Shown here: positions 53,392 to 64,000 of the stretch, one piece after another
Position numbering within the stretch: the first letter of the stretch is position 1
Layout: every line of letters begins with the position of its first letter
Assembly: GCA_030324005.1 (NCBI GenBank)
Contig: JARDVH010000121.1
Location: 7,416,242-7,480,241 of the forward strand
DNA: 64,000 nucleotides
Direction of reading: 5' to 3'
Source of the DNA: Negaprion brevirostris
Taxonomy: Eukaryota
Program-made: the position numbers and the translations under genes
The notes under the pieces: generated by a model
The model's database searches: none
What the model was told of the DNA's origin: nothing
Seen by the model: only the letters and a program-made list of their open reading frames with translations

Positions 53392-55314
53392 GTAAGGAAT
53401 GCGAGACATAGAGATGAACAGTTAACTGCTGTGTCTGAGTTCTTCAAAACAAATGAGCAAAGAGGTCGTTTTTAAACAACAGCTGGTTATAGTCGTGGAT
53501 AGAAATGTGGAGGAATCAGCAGTCATATGTGAATAAGCTGTTGAAAAATTAAGTAGAATGTGCAATTCTGAAGAGCATCTCTCTAGCAATCATAACCATC
53601 TCGAAATCTATCGCGTGCCTGGAAAATCTAAAGGGATAAATGCACTTAAAGCACATTTTCGAAATTCCCCTGGATCCTGTGACAAGCACAGTTTTTGTTT
53701 GTATCGAAAAAATATTGAACTCCGTGCCATGAAAACCAAAATTTTATTTCAAAATTTTTCCCCAGTGCGAACATCTAAATATAGGAAATTGAAGCAGGTG
53801 TATGCCATTGGGTCATTCGAGCTGCTCTGCCATTCATTTTGATTATGGGTTATCATCAAAACCAGCACCGTGATCCTCCTTCAATCCATAACCCATGAAC
53901 TCTTCAACCCCAAGAGCTGTATCTAAATTCTTCTTGAAATCAGTCAGACTTTGGGCCTCAGATGTATTCTGTGGCAAAAACTTGTGCAACATTCAACACG
54001 CTCTGTGTGAAGGAATTTCTTCTCACTTCCATTCTAAAACGGGTATACCCATTATCCACGTACTTGTCCCCCAGTTCTGGACTCCTCACTATTGGCAACA
54101 TTGTTTCTGAATCCACCATTTATAAGCTATTTTTGAATGCTTCGATGAGATCCTCTTCCACTCGATTGAACTCCAATGGATATAATCTGAATCGATTTAT
54201 TCTCTCCTCATATGACAGACCTGCCATCCACAGGATCCGCCCTGCACTTCTTCACCGTAAACTCTCTGCATCTGGGCCGTCCTTCCTCATATACAGAAAC
54301 AACAACTGTAAGCAATAAACCAAGTGTGGCCTCGAAAGGCCCAAATTGCTAATCGAGCATATTCTCGTCTTCAAGGATTACACAATCTCAGAAACTTCTA
54401 ATATGACAATCTGCCAACAGATGGATATCTTGACTATCTGTCTAACGGTGTTTTAGAAATGTATATGATCTCGGAGTGTGAGCTGTCGTTCTCTCTTCAC
54501 AGATTTTTTTCAGACATATTGTGATTATGGCACATTGCATTTGCTTCTCCTACTTTTCCTCCTTTAAAACAAAGAGACAGTTTCCAAGATTTCACTTCCT
54601 CTGACCCCAAAATATTTAATTACCTGCATGGCATGCTCAATTATCCACGGAACTAGGGGACATACATGAGAATAATGGGTATACCTTTTAGAATGGAAGT
54701 GAGGACAAACGTCTTCACCGACAGAGTGTTCAATGCTGTGTACGTCTTTGCCACAGACTGAATCTGAGGTCAAACGTCTAACTGATTTCAAGAAGAATTT
54801 AGATATAGATCTTGTGTTGAAGTGTTCATGGCTATGGATGGAAGGCGGATCACGATGCTGAGTTTGATTATCAACCATAACCAAGATCAATAGCAGCGCA
54901 GCACGATAGACCCAATGGGCTAAAACTTTTCATGTTTAGATGTTGTCACGGGGGCAAAATTTTGTGAATCAAAATTTGATTTTTGTGGCACTAAGTTCAA
55001 TATTTGTCGATCCAAAAAAATGTGCTTCGTCTCGGGATCCCAGGGAATTTCGAGAATTTGCTTGGAGTACATTTGTCACTTTAAATTTACCAGGGATATT
55101 ACATATTTCAAGACCGTCATGCTTGCTTGTGAGGTGTTTTGAGAATTGTACAGGTTACTTCATTCTTCAACAGCTTATTCACATATGACTGCTGATTCCT
55201 CCACATTTCTTTTTCACGAATGCAACTAGCTTCAAAAAAAAACACTTTGCTCAGGTGTTTGAACAACTCAGGCACAACAGTTAACTTTTCATCTCTATTT
55301 CTCGTATTCCTTAC
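53392..55314. repeat. Second copy of the long inverted repeat (arms ~53392-54074 / ~54652-55314)
   Basis: gaaatgtggaggaatcagcagtcatatgtgaataagctgttgaa vs ttcaacagcttattcacatatgactgctgattcctccacatttc (long exact complement). Confidence 0.92.
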
Positions 55315-55748
55315 TTCGATTTTCCACAGACTGGAGGATGGAAATTATGCTTTAGTGTAACTTCTGGAGATCTTCCCTGTTATTTACTTATGTGGATGGA
55401 AATCAAATTCATAACACTACACAATGAAAATTCTGAGTATTTACCTGTTGTGATAGTTTGAGTAGTAATTAATGCATATATTGGATCTTTATCATCCACA
55501 CCCAAATAAATGTACGTCCACCAAAGTAACATGCCAATGTAATTCCTCATAAGTCGTACAGGAGCGGACCAACGACAATATCTTAACCACACAAAATACT
55601 CTGATGAAAATGCAATGCATTTTAGCATCTTTTGAATCAATTTTCAAAATTGGATTTTGCAATTTCCTTTTCTGTTGTATGGGTAACTGTGACTTTTGGG
55701 AAAATGGATTCAACAAAATGGTTATTAATGTTGCCCTCGATGACCTAG

Positions 55749-55769
55749 ACCTGAAAAAGTGTCATGAAG
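55749..55769 (+). CDS. 21-nt heptad micro-exon, type A (DLKKCHE)
   Basis: gttgccctcgatgacctag|ACCTGAAAAAGTGTCATGAAG|gtaagg. Confidence 0.8.
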
Positions 55770-56264
55770 GTAAGGAAGATTTAAACTGAATTATTTAATT
55801 TCCCTAAAATTGTTATTGTCTGTTTGTTGGCAGCAATGGTCCCTGCCATAACAATTCGCATTGCTACCCACTGTGCCGCCTGTGACAAGTTGGCACATTT
55901 GTTAGCACTATTCCCTCACGGCACCAGGGAACCATATTCGATTTCGGCCTCGGGCAAAAGTCTGTGTGAAATTTATACATTCTTCCCGTGACTGTGTGGG
56001 TTTTCTCCTGGTACTCTCGTTGGTTCCAAATCTCCAAAGATGTGCGGGTGAGGTTGATTGGCCATGGTATTTTGTCTGTTAGTGTCAGCGTAATTTGCAT
56101 GGTAAATCCATGCCGCTCCGATGATTCCAAGATTTATCTGTGCATGTTCTGGTTCTGCACTGTACGAATTTCATAATTGATATATCGTAACGTTAGAAAT
56201 CTCTAATATACAACAGTCAAAATTTCAATCAGTTATTCATATAGACAACAAAATACATAAATGA

Positions 56265-57470
56265 AAAAGAATTGGAGCGCAGGATAATGTTATTCGGCCC
56301 TTCTAAGGCTTGCAGCTATCATGCCACCGGACAGAACTAAAGTCACCTACCCTTCCAGGAATCCTATCCTTTTATTCTCATCATATTCATTTACCTGTCA
56401 AGACAATTCTGAAACATCAGGATCGTATATGCTTCCATTATCTGCGCTGAATGTGTATTCGAGGTACCAACCACCCTCTTTAAAAAAATAAGCCTTGAGC
56501 CCCTCCTTCTCACGTTGCCCCGCGCACTGTAAATGTGTGTCCCCTCGGAATTGACATTTCCACCCTCGCAATCATCTTCCAACGATCCACTCTGCCCAAT
56601 CGCCTCATAATGTTGTAACTTCTGTCATGTCGCTCCTCAATCTTCGTCGTGTCAGTGGGAACAAACCAAGTTTCTGGACCCTCTTCTCATTGTTAATGTC
56701 CTCTAGTTCAGGATGCATTCTGGAAAATGTTTTCTGTACCCTCTCCAAAGCATCCACATCCTTTTGGTAGTTTGGAGATGAAAATTCAACACTACATTCC
56801 AACTGAGGACTAATTAAGGTTCTATAAAGCTGTAGCATGACTTGTCAATTGTTAAACTCGCTGCCACGACCGATGAAGGCAACTGTGCCGCATGAATCCT
56901 TGACTATCTTATGCACAAGTGTTGCCAATTTCAGTGACCTAATGTACTACACAGCCAAAACCCTCTTCTTATCAATATCTTTAAAGGCTCTGCCATTTTC
57001 TCTGCGTTTTCATCTATTTGTCCTTCGAAAATTCAATACCTCACATTTGCCTGGTTAAGCTCAATTTGCCAGATGTCTGTCCAGTTCTCCAACCGATCTT
57101 CCGACAGTGCTCATCGTTATCTGTCATTGCACCTGTCTTCCTGCCATCTGCAAACTTTCCAATCAAATCAGTTGGTTTCCCTCCCTATTTATAAAAAGCA
57201 AAGCCTCAGCACTGATCAAACTGGTACGCCACTTGTCACAGTCCTCCATTCAGAACTGCACCGTTCAACTGGCACTCTCTCATCTGTGACCGATTCAGTT
57301 TAGTATCCATCAGGCCAGCTCAAATCCGATCCAATCTGACTTCACCTTGTGCACCGGCCTGCCTTGAGGGACAATGAAAGAAGCAATACTGACGTCCATG
57401 AAAACAACATCCATTGCCCGACCCTCATCAGTCAACTTTGTCACTTGCACCAAAAATGTGTGGCCTCTTC
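56265..57470 (-). mobile_element. CR1 LINE 3' fragment (duplicate)
   Basis: MLQLYRTLISPQLECSVEFSSPNYQKDVDALERVQKTFSRMHPEL. Confidence 0.9.
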
Positions 57471-58389
57471 CGGCCCAGATTAAAGATGAAAATTTCTACA
57501 CTTCAGTGAATATCACTTTAATCGATTACGGCTCTCCTCATTCAACAGACCTACCGTACAGGAATCAGCCTGAAAAAAAAAGTTTGTTGACTTTGAGAGC
57601 AAGGACGTTCTAGCTCGTATTTAGAAAGCAAAATTGCACGCAATACACAATGTGTGGCCTCCAACGGCCCAGGTTAAAGATGAAAATCTCTGTCGTCTCC
57701 AACGATCACACAACCGATGAAACAAAACGACATTTGGAAAATATCACTGTGTCACAAAATTTACAGGTAAAAAGCCATTTCATCGGTGTTCTGGATGGCA
57801 TATGATTTAAAATAATGAACTGTCCTCTCTTCACAGACACTGGCATGCCTGATGGGTTTATCCCACAATTTATTTTGCTATTTGTTTTAATAATGTATAT
57901 TTCAAGGCTTTAAGCTGCTGGAACCCAAAACATTGGATTACTCTGCAAGCACGCCCAAAACTCCATCTTCACTTTTTCATTTTGGAGGATGTTTTGTTAA
58001 AATTTGTGGGGATCTTCCATTTTCTTAAATTATGTGGCTGGATTTCGAACGATTACAGAGAGGATTGTGAGTACTTATAGTTCGTTACAGTCGTTTTTAT
58101 TAAAATAAAATCATACATTGGATTTTATAATGCACACACTAAATGGCGTTATGTCCACCAAAGTCTTGTATCACTATAATTACTCGTTAGTCGAATAACA
58201 GCGACCTGATGAAGATATTTAAACTCACAAAATACTCTTATGAAAACGCAATGCTTTCTTGGCAACATTTTCGATTTAATGGCCGAAATTATATTTTGCA
58301 ATTTGCATTTCTGTCGTTTGAGTTATTGGCATTTGGGAAAAATTCATTGACCAAAATGCTGAGCAATTTCTCCCTCCTCCATCACCTAG

Positions 58390-58410
58390 AGCACAAAAAG
58401 AGTGCTGATG
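58390..58410 (+). pseudogene. Inactivated type A micro-exon (EHKKSAD; donor GT to TT)
   Basis: ccatcacctag|AGCACAAAAAGAGTGCTGATG|ttatgg; both the Leu and the donor are lost. Confidence 0.7.
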
Positions 58411-58614
58411 TTATGGAAGACTTAAACTCGTTTATGTATTGCCTTAAATTGTTATCGCCTGGTTCCTGGCAGAAATGGTTCTTGTCATGTTAATTTATAT
58501 TGTTAAACACTGTTCCACCTGTGTCAAGGTGGCACAGTTGTTAGCACTCCAAATTCACAGTACAATTACACATATTAAATTCCGTCCTCGGGTAATTGTA
58601 TCTGTAATGTTTAG

Positions 58615-58812
58615 AATCACAGATTATTAGAACCCTACAGTGAAGAAAGAGACGCTTCGGCCCATCGAGTCTGCACTGACCACAATCCCACCCAGCCCTA
58701 CCCCCATATCCCTACATAATTTATCCGCTAATCCCTCTAACCTACGCATCTCGGAACACTGAGGGACAACTTTCAGCATGGCCAATCAAACTAACCCGCA
58801 CATGTTTGGACT
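58615..58812 (-). mobile_element. 3' fragment of HE1-like SINE nested in the older SINE
   Basis: Near-identical to 743-930 (tagaaccctacagtgaagaaagag..cggcccatcgagtctgcactg..ctaacccgcacat); absent from paralogues. Confidence 0.88.
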
Positions 58813-59094
58813 TTACTAATTCTTCCCATGAGGGTGTAGATGTTCTCCGGGTGCTCCCGTTTGTTCCCAGCTCTCCAAAGATGTGCACGTGACGTAGATT
58901 GGCCATGGTATGTTGTCTGGTAGTGTCAGCGGAATTAGCACGGTAAATCCATGTGGCAAATGGGAGAAGGAGATTTATCCATGCAAGGTCTCCCTCTGCA
59001 CTGTATTAATTCCATGATTCTAAAAGTCAGAAATTAAGAAGTCTCTAAATATACAGCAGAATCAACATTTCAATCTGTAATTCATGCAGAGAAG

Positions 59095-60530
59095 AAAAAA
59101 ATAAACACTAGATAAGACCCATCGGCCCTTCCAAGGACGCAACTACCATGCCAGCGAAGAGAACTAAATTAATTTATCCTTCCAGGAAACATATCCCTCG
59201 ACTCCCATCATATTCGTATATTTGTCAGGACTCCTCTTAAATGTCAATATCGTATCTGCTTCCATGACCTCCCCGAACTGCGAATTCCAGGCACCCTCCA
59301 CCCTCTCTTAAAAAAAAAACTTGAACTTCTACTTCACACCTTGTCCCACACAACATAAACGTGTGCCCCCTCGTAATTGACATTTTCACCTTCGAAAACA
59401 CCTTCCAATGATCCATTATATCCACTCCCCTGATATTCTTGCAGATTTCTATTAGGTTGCGCCCAAGAACAAACTAAGCTTCTCGAACCTTTTCTCATAG
59501 TTAATGTCGCCCATGTCAGACACCATTCTGGGGGGGGGGAAAAATCTATACTCTCTCCGAATCTTTTTGGTAGTTTGGTGACCAGAATTGGACACTACTT
59601 TCCAACGAAGTGCTAACTAAAGTTCTATAAAGCTGAACATGAGTTGCCAATTGTTAAAGTCAATGCTACGACTGATGAAGACAAGAATGCCAGATGAATT
59701 GTTGACTACCTTATCCATCTGTGTTGCCACTTTCTATGACCTGTGTACCTGCACAGACAAAACAATCAGCCCATCAATATCTTTAACTGTTCTGCCATTG
59801 TCTGTGTTTCCCATCCCATTAGTCCTTCGAAAATGCAGTACATCACATTTGTCTGGATAAAGCTTTACCTGCCAAATATCTGTCCATATCACCCACCGAT
59901 CCCCTGATGATCCTTATGGTTAATCGTAATTCCCCCAACTTTTTGCCATTTGCAATCAAACCAGTTGATTTCCGTCCATATATATGTAAACAGCGAGCCC
60001 CAGCACTGTTCCCTGTGGGACGCCACTTGTCACAGCCCTCCATTCAGAAACGCATCTTTTCACTGGTACCCTCTGTCTTCTTTGACCGAGCTAGTTTAGT
60101 GTCCATCTTGCCAACTCGCCAGTGATCCAGTGTGACCTCACCTTCTATACTATTCTGACCTGAGGGACATTTTAAAAGTCCTTACTTATGTCCATATAAA
60201 CAACATCCAGTGCCCTACCCTCACCACTCATCTTTCTCACTTCATTGACACACTCGATCTATTCAGTGAGGCATGACCTCCCCTTCTTAATACCATGTTG
60301 CCGCTCGCTGATACGTCCACCTATGCCCAAGTGCGACTAATCCCTTTCTCGAAGGGTCTTCTCCAATACTTTTTCTAACACTGGTGCAAGGCTCAACAAC
60401 ATTTGATTAACTGTATTATCATGCATGCCATTCATAGCAAAGGTACAACATTGGCTATTGTCCAATCCACTGTGACCTCAGCTGTAGCCACTCGGGTGCG
60501 CAGATGTCCGTCAAGGTCCCAGCAATTAAG
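59095..60530 (-). mobile_element. CR1 LINE 3' fragment (duplicate)
   Basis: Collinear with 47890-49350; KMSITRGHTF motif. Confidence 0.85.
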
Positions 60531-60918
60531 TCGTTTGCCTTTCGCAGGTTAAACTATTGTTTTTCTTCATGGTCGTTGATTGACGAAACGCTTTCTGGAG
60601 AGAAGGATACTTTTTGTTTTACAGTGTGTAAGAATTGATTACTTGGCCCGTTTCAAATATTTAGAAATGATAGTTCTGCAAAGCATTATAGAAACTGCAA
60701 AACTCAACTGCGCAGACTTGGCCACATACTCCAGGTTGTGCAGTCACTACCTAACAGAATTTCTCATCCTGGTCCTCTCTCTGTAATCACACNNNNNNNN
60801 NNNNNNNNNNNNNNNNNNNNNNNNNNNNNNNNNNNNNNNNNNNNNNNNNNNNNNNNNNNNNNNNNNNNNNNNNNNNNNNNNNNNNNNNNNNNCTGTGCTA
60901 TCGTGTTGTCCCAAATCG

Positions 60919-62880
60919 ATGTAAGGGTGCAGCGACTTCATTTTTGTTGTGTAGCTCACAGCATGTCTGCCACTTAAGAGCAGAGTCGGCAAGGAGTGTT
61001 GCGTTTAAGAAATAAGTTAATACATAAATAACATTTATGGCGAAGTATCCCTCCACCTTCGCCGATGCTATTGGCGACACTCCTATTGAAGGAAATATTG
61101 GTACTAGATAATTTGTGAACTGAAGGAAGCCACCAGCGTTTACATCACTTTTAAGTGCTGCAACGTTTTGAATCTGTACTGATTGAATGTTGAAATTTGC
61201 AACTACTAAATAGAGATCGGTTTTGCCTATAGTGCCAATATGTACGGAAATAGACGTTGTAGCCAGGAGAACCTTTTTTATTTCAATACGTAAATGCTAT
61301 TTCCCTGACCTAAAATCTTTTGCTTCCCGAATAGATTTCCTCAAACATCTGAATGCACTCTATCCTATGCTGACATTTTCTGGCCAACCTTCCGCTAAAA
61401 AGATCTTACTCAACTCATTCAGTTTTGGAATTCGTGAGGCCAGATAATTTCATCTCCTGCCCTCATGTGCACTTTACAGCGTTAGCTTCCGAATCTTTGT
61501 AAGCGTTCAAAAACGCAATGGGAATTTCTGAGACGCTGAGAAAAATTTTCAGTGTGGTCACGAGTACTTATTGCAGGTTCACGAGGTAAGTGTGTCGAAC
61601 TGGAGGTAGCGCGGAGTAAGTGGTCAAATGGGTAGCGGGGTGAAACCACTGGATAAGAGGTTGATTGCAACCTGTTACGGCGTTAGGTAGGCAAGTGGCA
61701 ACTCAGCTGGGCGTCAAAGGGTTACATTTTTCAGGTGTATTCATGGAAATTCGGAGCGTCAGGAAGTAAGATGATTGCTCGAATACGGAAAAGATAAGTG
61801 TTAGTATGGGGCGGGGTGAGTCGGATGGTGGTTCCTGACAGGTTGACCCTGGGCAGTTTGCGGCAAAGGGTAGCGAAGGGCTCAGTTGGAAGGTCGGCTG
61901 CACAAATCGGGAGATCGGAGGTTTGTGCAGCATCGGGGTATCAGGTGTCAGCCTGATTCCGGGGCCACAATAATCGGGTCATGTTGGGAGGGAGTTTCAT
62001 ACTGTTGTGGGTGATCTCGAGGACAGCCAGTGCGTCTGGAAGGGAGTTGAGGATGAGTTTTATGGTAACCCAAGATTTAATCCGAGATTTTCTATTGATC
62101 CGAGCACTTCCTGCATAATTTGTGATGCAAGCAAGATTGGGCTATCCAAAATATAACCCAGAAGATTTATCTAGGAAAAGTTATGACATCCAAGACATTC
62201 CCTTGAGTCAGTGCATTGGAATATCTGCGAGTCCAGACGCGGGATATTCGTGTTCCTTTGCCTTCCCTCATCTAGAGACAGGAAGTTCAGTTCTAAAGTA
62301 TCATAAAATGGTGTCGATACCACGGTACTGCTCTCAGAAGCTGGCATACATGCAACAATTTGATTCTCATGAATGGCAACTAGCACACTGAAACGATTTT
62401 CCGGAGTACGTTACAATTACATTCGGTAAAGTGCATATGTCAGATTCGTACGTAAAGTAGGGCCCATGTTGAACAGGTAGAGACAACAGTAATTCAATAC
62501 TGACTCTTTGGTGCAACCAGTGTGTCACAGTGAACCGCTAATAACGAAGACTTTGATTTGCAGAGCACTTTTCCAAAACTACGTATAACATGCAACTTAT
62601 AATTGTTGTGGAATAAGTGGATAATATTACAATTACATGGACATATTGGTAGAATGAATGGAGAAGTTACAACTTAAATTTAATGATACGAAGCGTAAAA
62701 TGTTATTTTGGTTGGGTTATTTGTAGAGAAAATTTGCAATTCAGGTCCAACTTCAAAGTTAGTGCAGCAGCAGAGCGACATCATTTGACATGTGCTCAGA
62801 CTTTTGAAAGCGACGAGGCAGATTGGGGGAGCACGTGATAAATTTTACCATGCAAATAGTTTTAAAATAGTGGCGTAGAG
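60919..62880 (+). pseudogene. Decayed leader-V(J)-C1-(TM) Ig-superfamily gene split by an insertion
   Basis: Leader-like exon 60919-60988 M*GCSDFIFVV*LTACLPLKSRV-G|gcaagg; acceptor ttttgcctatag|61233 VPIC..VVARR..ISIRKCYFP..FLK..FSFGIREAR; after the insertion, one continuous frame SPDAGYSC..ETGSSVLKY..DFPEYVTITFGK..NSILTL..*FAEHFS; possible TM exon after caattcag|62745. Confidence 0.5.
61441..62229. mobile_element. ~0.8-kb G-rich insertion with short imperfect terminal inverted repeats (MITE-like)
   Basis: Ends cagataatttc ... ggaatatctg; composition jumps to G-rich; removing it rejoins IREAR-SPDAG with V-domain spacing. Confidence 0.4.
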
Positions 62881-64000
62881 TTAAAAAAAAGTCATGTAAG
62901 TGTTTTAAACTTGTGTCTATAACCAAGCAAAAATCAGAAGCACTTCTCGATTTGCTGCGGTATGCATTACACGCTCCTGCAACCAAATTCAGCGAACACC
63001 TTTGTAAAGAGAAAAAAAATCACCGTGAAAAGTGACCATCATTTGTTCTGAATTTGCAGAAAATGCGGATAAAAGTAGGCAAATAAGCTTTAGCACATCA
63101 ATGCAGAAACCTGACAATTAGTACGATGGCAGAAACTGTTTTTATTACTTCAATATTCTTGCCTCATGCATTTTTTGTAGCGTTTATATATTCGTTCGCT
63201 TTCCTGAAGTAAACATAGTTGTTGCACGTTAACGTTATTTCGGGGTTATTGCAGACTATCCATTAATTTACTTAAATCAGCATGTACACTGTCATTCCAG
63301 TCGATATGTTTCGTCAAGAGACGTCCCTATTTTCCGTTTGTAAATTTCATTCCATTGATTGTTGGAAGTATTTATTGTACTCGGGGGCGTTCTTCAATTG
63401 TAATGGCGTGCGATGTTATTTTTTAAACAGGAATAACCAACAAGTTAACCAAAATGATACAGAGATGACACAAATCTCTTACATGGACATTGGATCGGGA
63501 AATCGATCGAATCGCCTCATCCTGCACTACGTGGAGTCTATGGCTCTATGGTTACATAATTTACACTCCTGAACTGCTGAAATCCAGCCTCTTAGTTAAA
63601 TCAGCGAATCCTTCCTGCACATGCCCCAATGCAACACTGCAGAATGTTTTGTCTTTCCTGAACGCACACATCCACATACCACCTGCATTTATCTAAATCA
63701 CCTGCTCTCCAGTAACGAATGCTTCAGCTGAAGGCATCAATTCTTTGCTAATTTCAGCTCATCATTTTTATTTCTATTCTGACGTAAGTGCACTGTGATT
63801 TTTTGTGATATTACTCCACTCCAGATACAGTGTCCCAATGATTGCATTAGTCTGCTGAGAATCACGGCTGTGGGATCGTGCAACAGTGACACTCATATCT
63901 CTCCAGTTATGCTCTACTGGCACGAGCACATACAATAGCTGCTTCTAACGTGGAGTATTTATTATTCACTCAAATCGTTGAGAAATTAAATTCGAAACGA

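Larger units (their letters stand above)
24500..60790 (+). repeat. Mosaic of multi-kb segmental tandem duplications
   Basis: Paralogous blocks: ~26010-30470 = 39880-44350; 34330-37225 = 44370-46475 = 53210-54820 (in part); 47000-49620 = 55320-57470 = 57960-60790; 26860-28200 = 50050-51520; older paralogues at 24500-25740 and 30480-32300. Anchor aaata(t/c)tct.atgaaaa recurs at ~26018, 39883, 47210, 55593, 58230. Confidence 0.92.

Overview
Eukaryotic draft-assembly DNA (about 14 N-gaps), almost certainly from a cartilaginous fish: it carries HE1-like tRNA SINEs, CR1-type LINEs with (AGAAC)n-type tails, a Penelope fragment and LTR-element relics. I found no long intact ORF; most ORF-track entries are repeat debris or N-gap artefacts. 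The main hidden structure is a plus-strand array of 12 micro-exons. Ten are intact 21-nt exons, one is a 24-nt variant and one has lost its donor. The intact ones have canonical AG/GT sites, are phase 1-1 and encode one Leu-containing heptad each (xLESAKK, SLTNTQN, ELKKTQN, ELKKRTD, DLTKCKS, DLKKKTE, ELAKCQT, DLKKSAG, DLTKCQS, DLKKCHE). Each exon sits inside a duplicated exon+intron unit (four ~1.1-1.5 kb tandem units at 1-4.7 kb; multi-kb duplicated blocks at 24.5-60.8 kb). This resembles the heptad-exon coiled-coil tail of a BG/butyrophilin-like gene growing by duplication. Interspersed are two decayed V(J)-C1-type Ig-superfamily genes, a class A GPCR pseudogene, an LTR-PBS-gag relic and recurrent ~0.67-kb inverted repeats. 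CpG looks unusually undepleted. All alignments were done by eye, so repeat boundaries are approximate.
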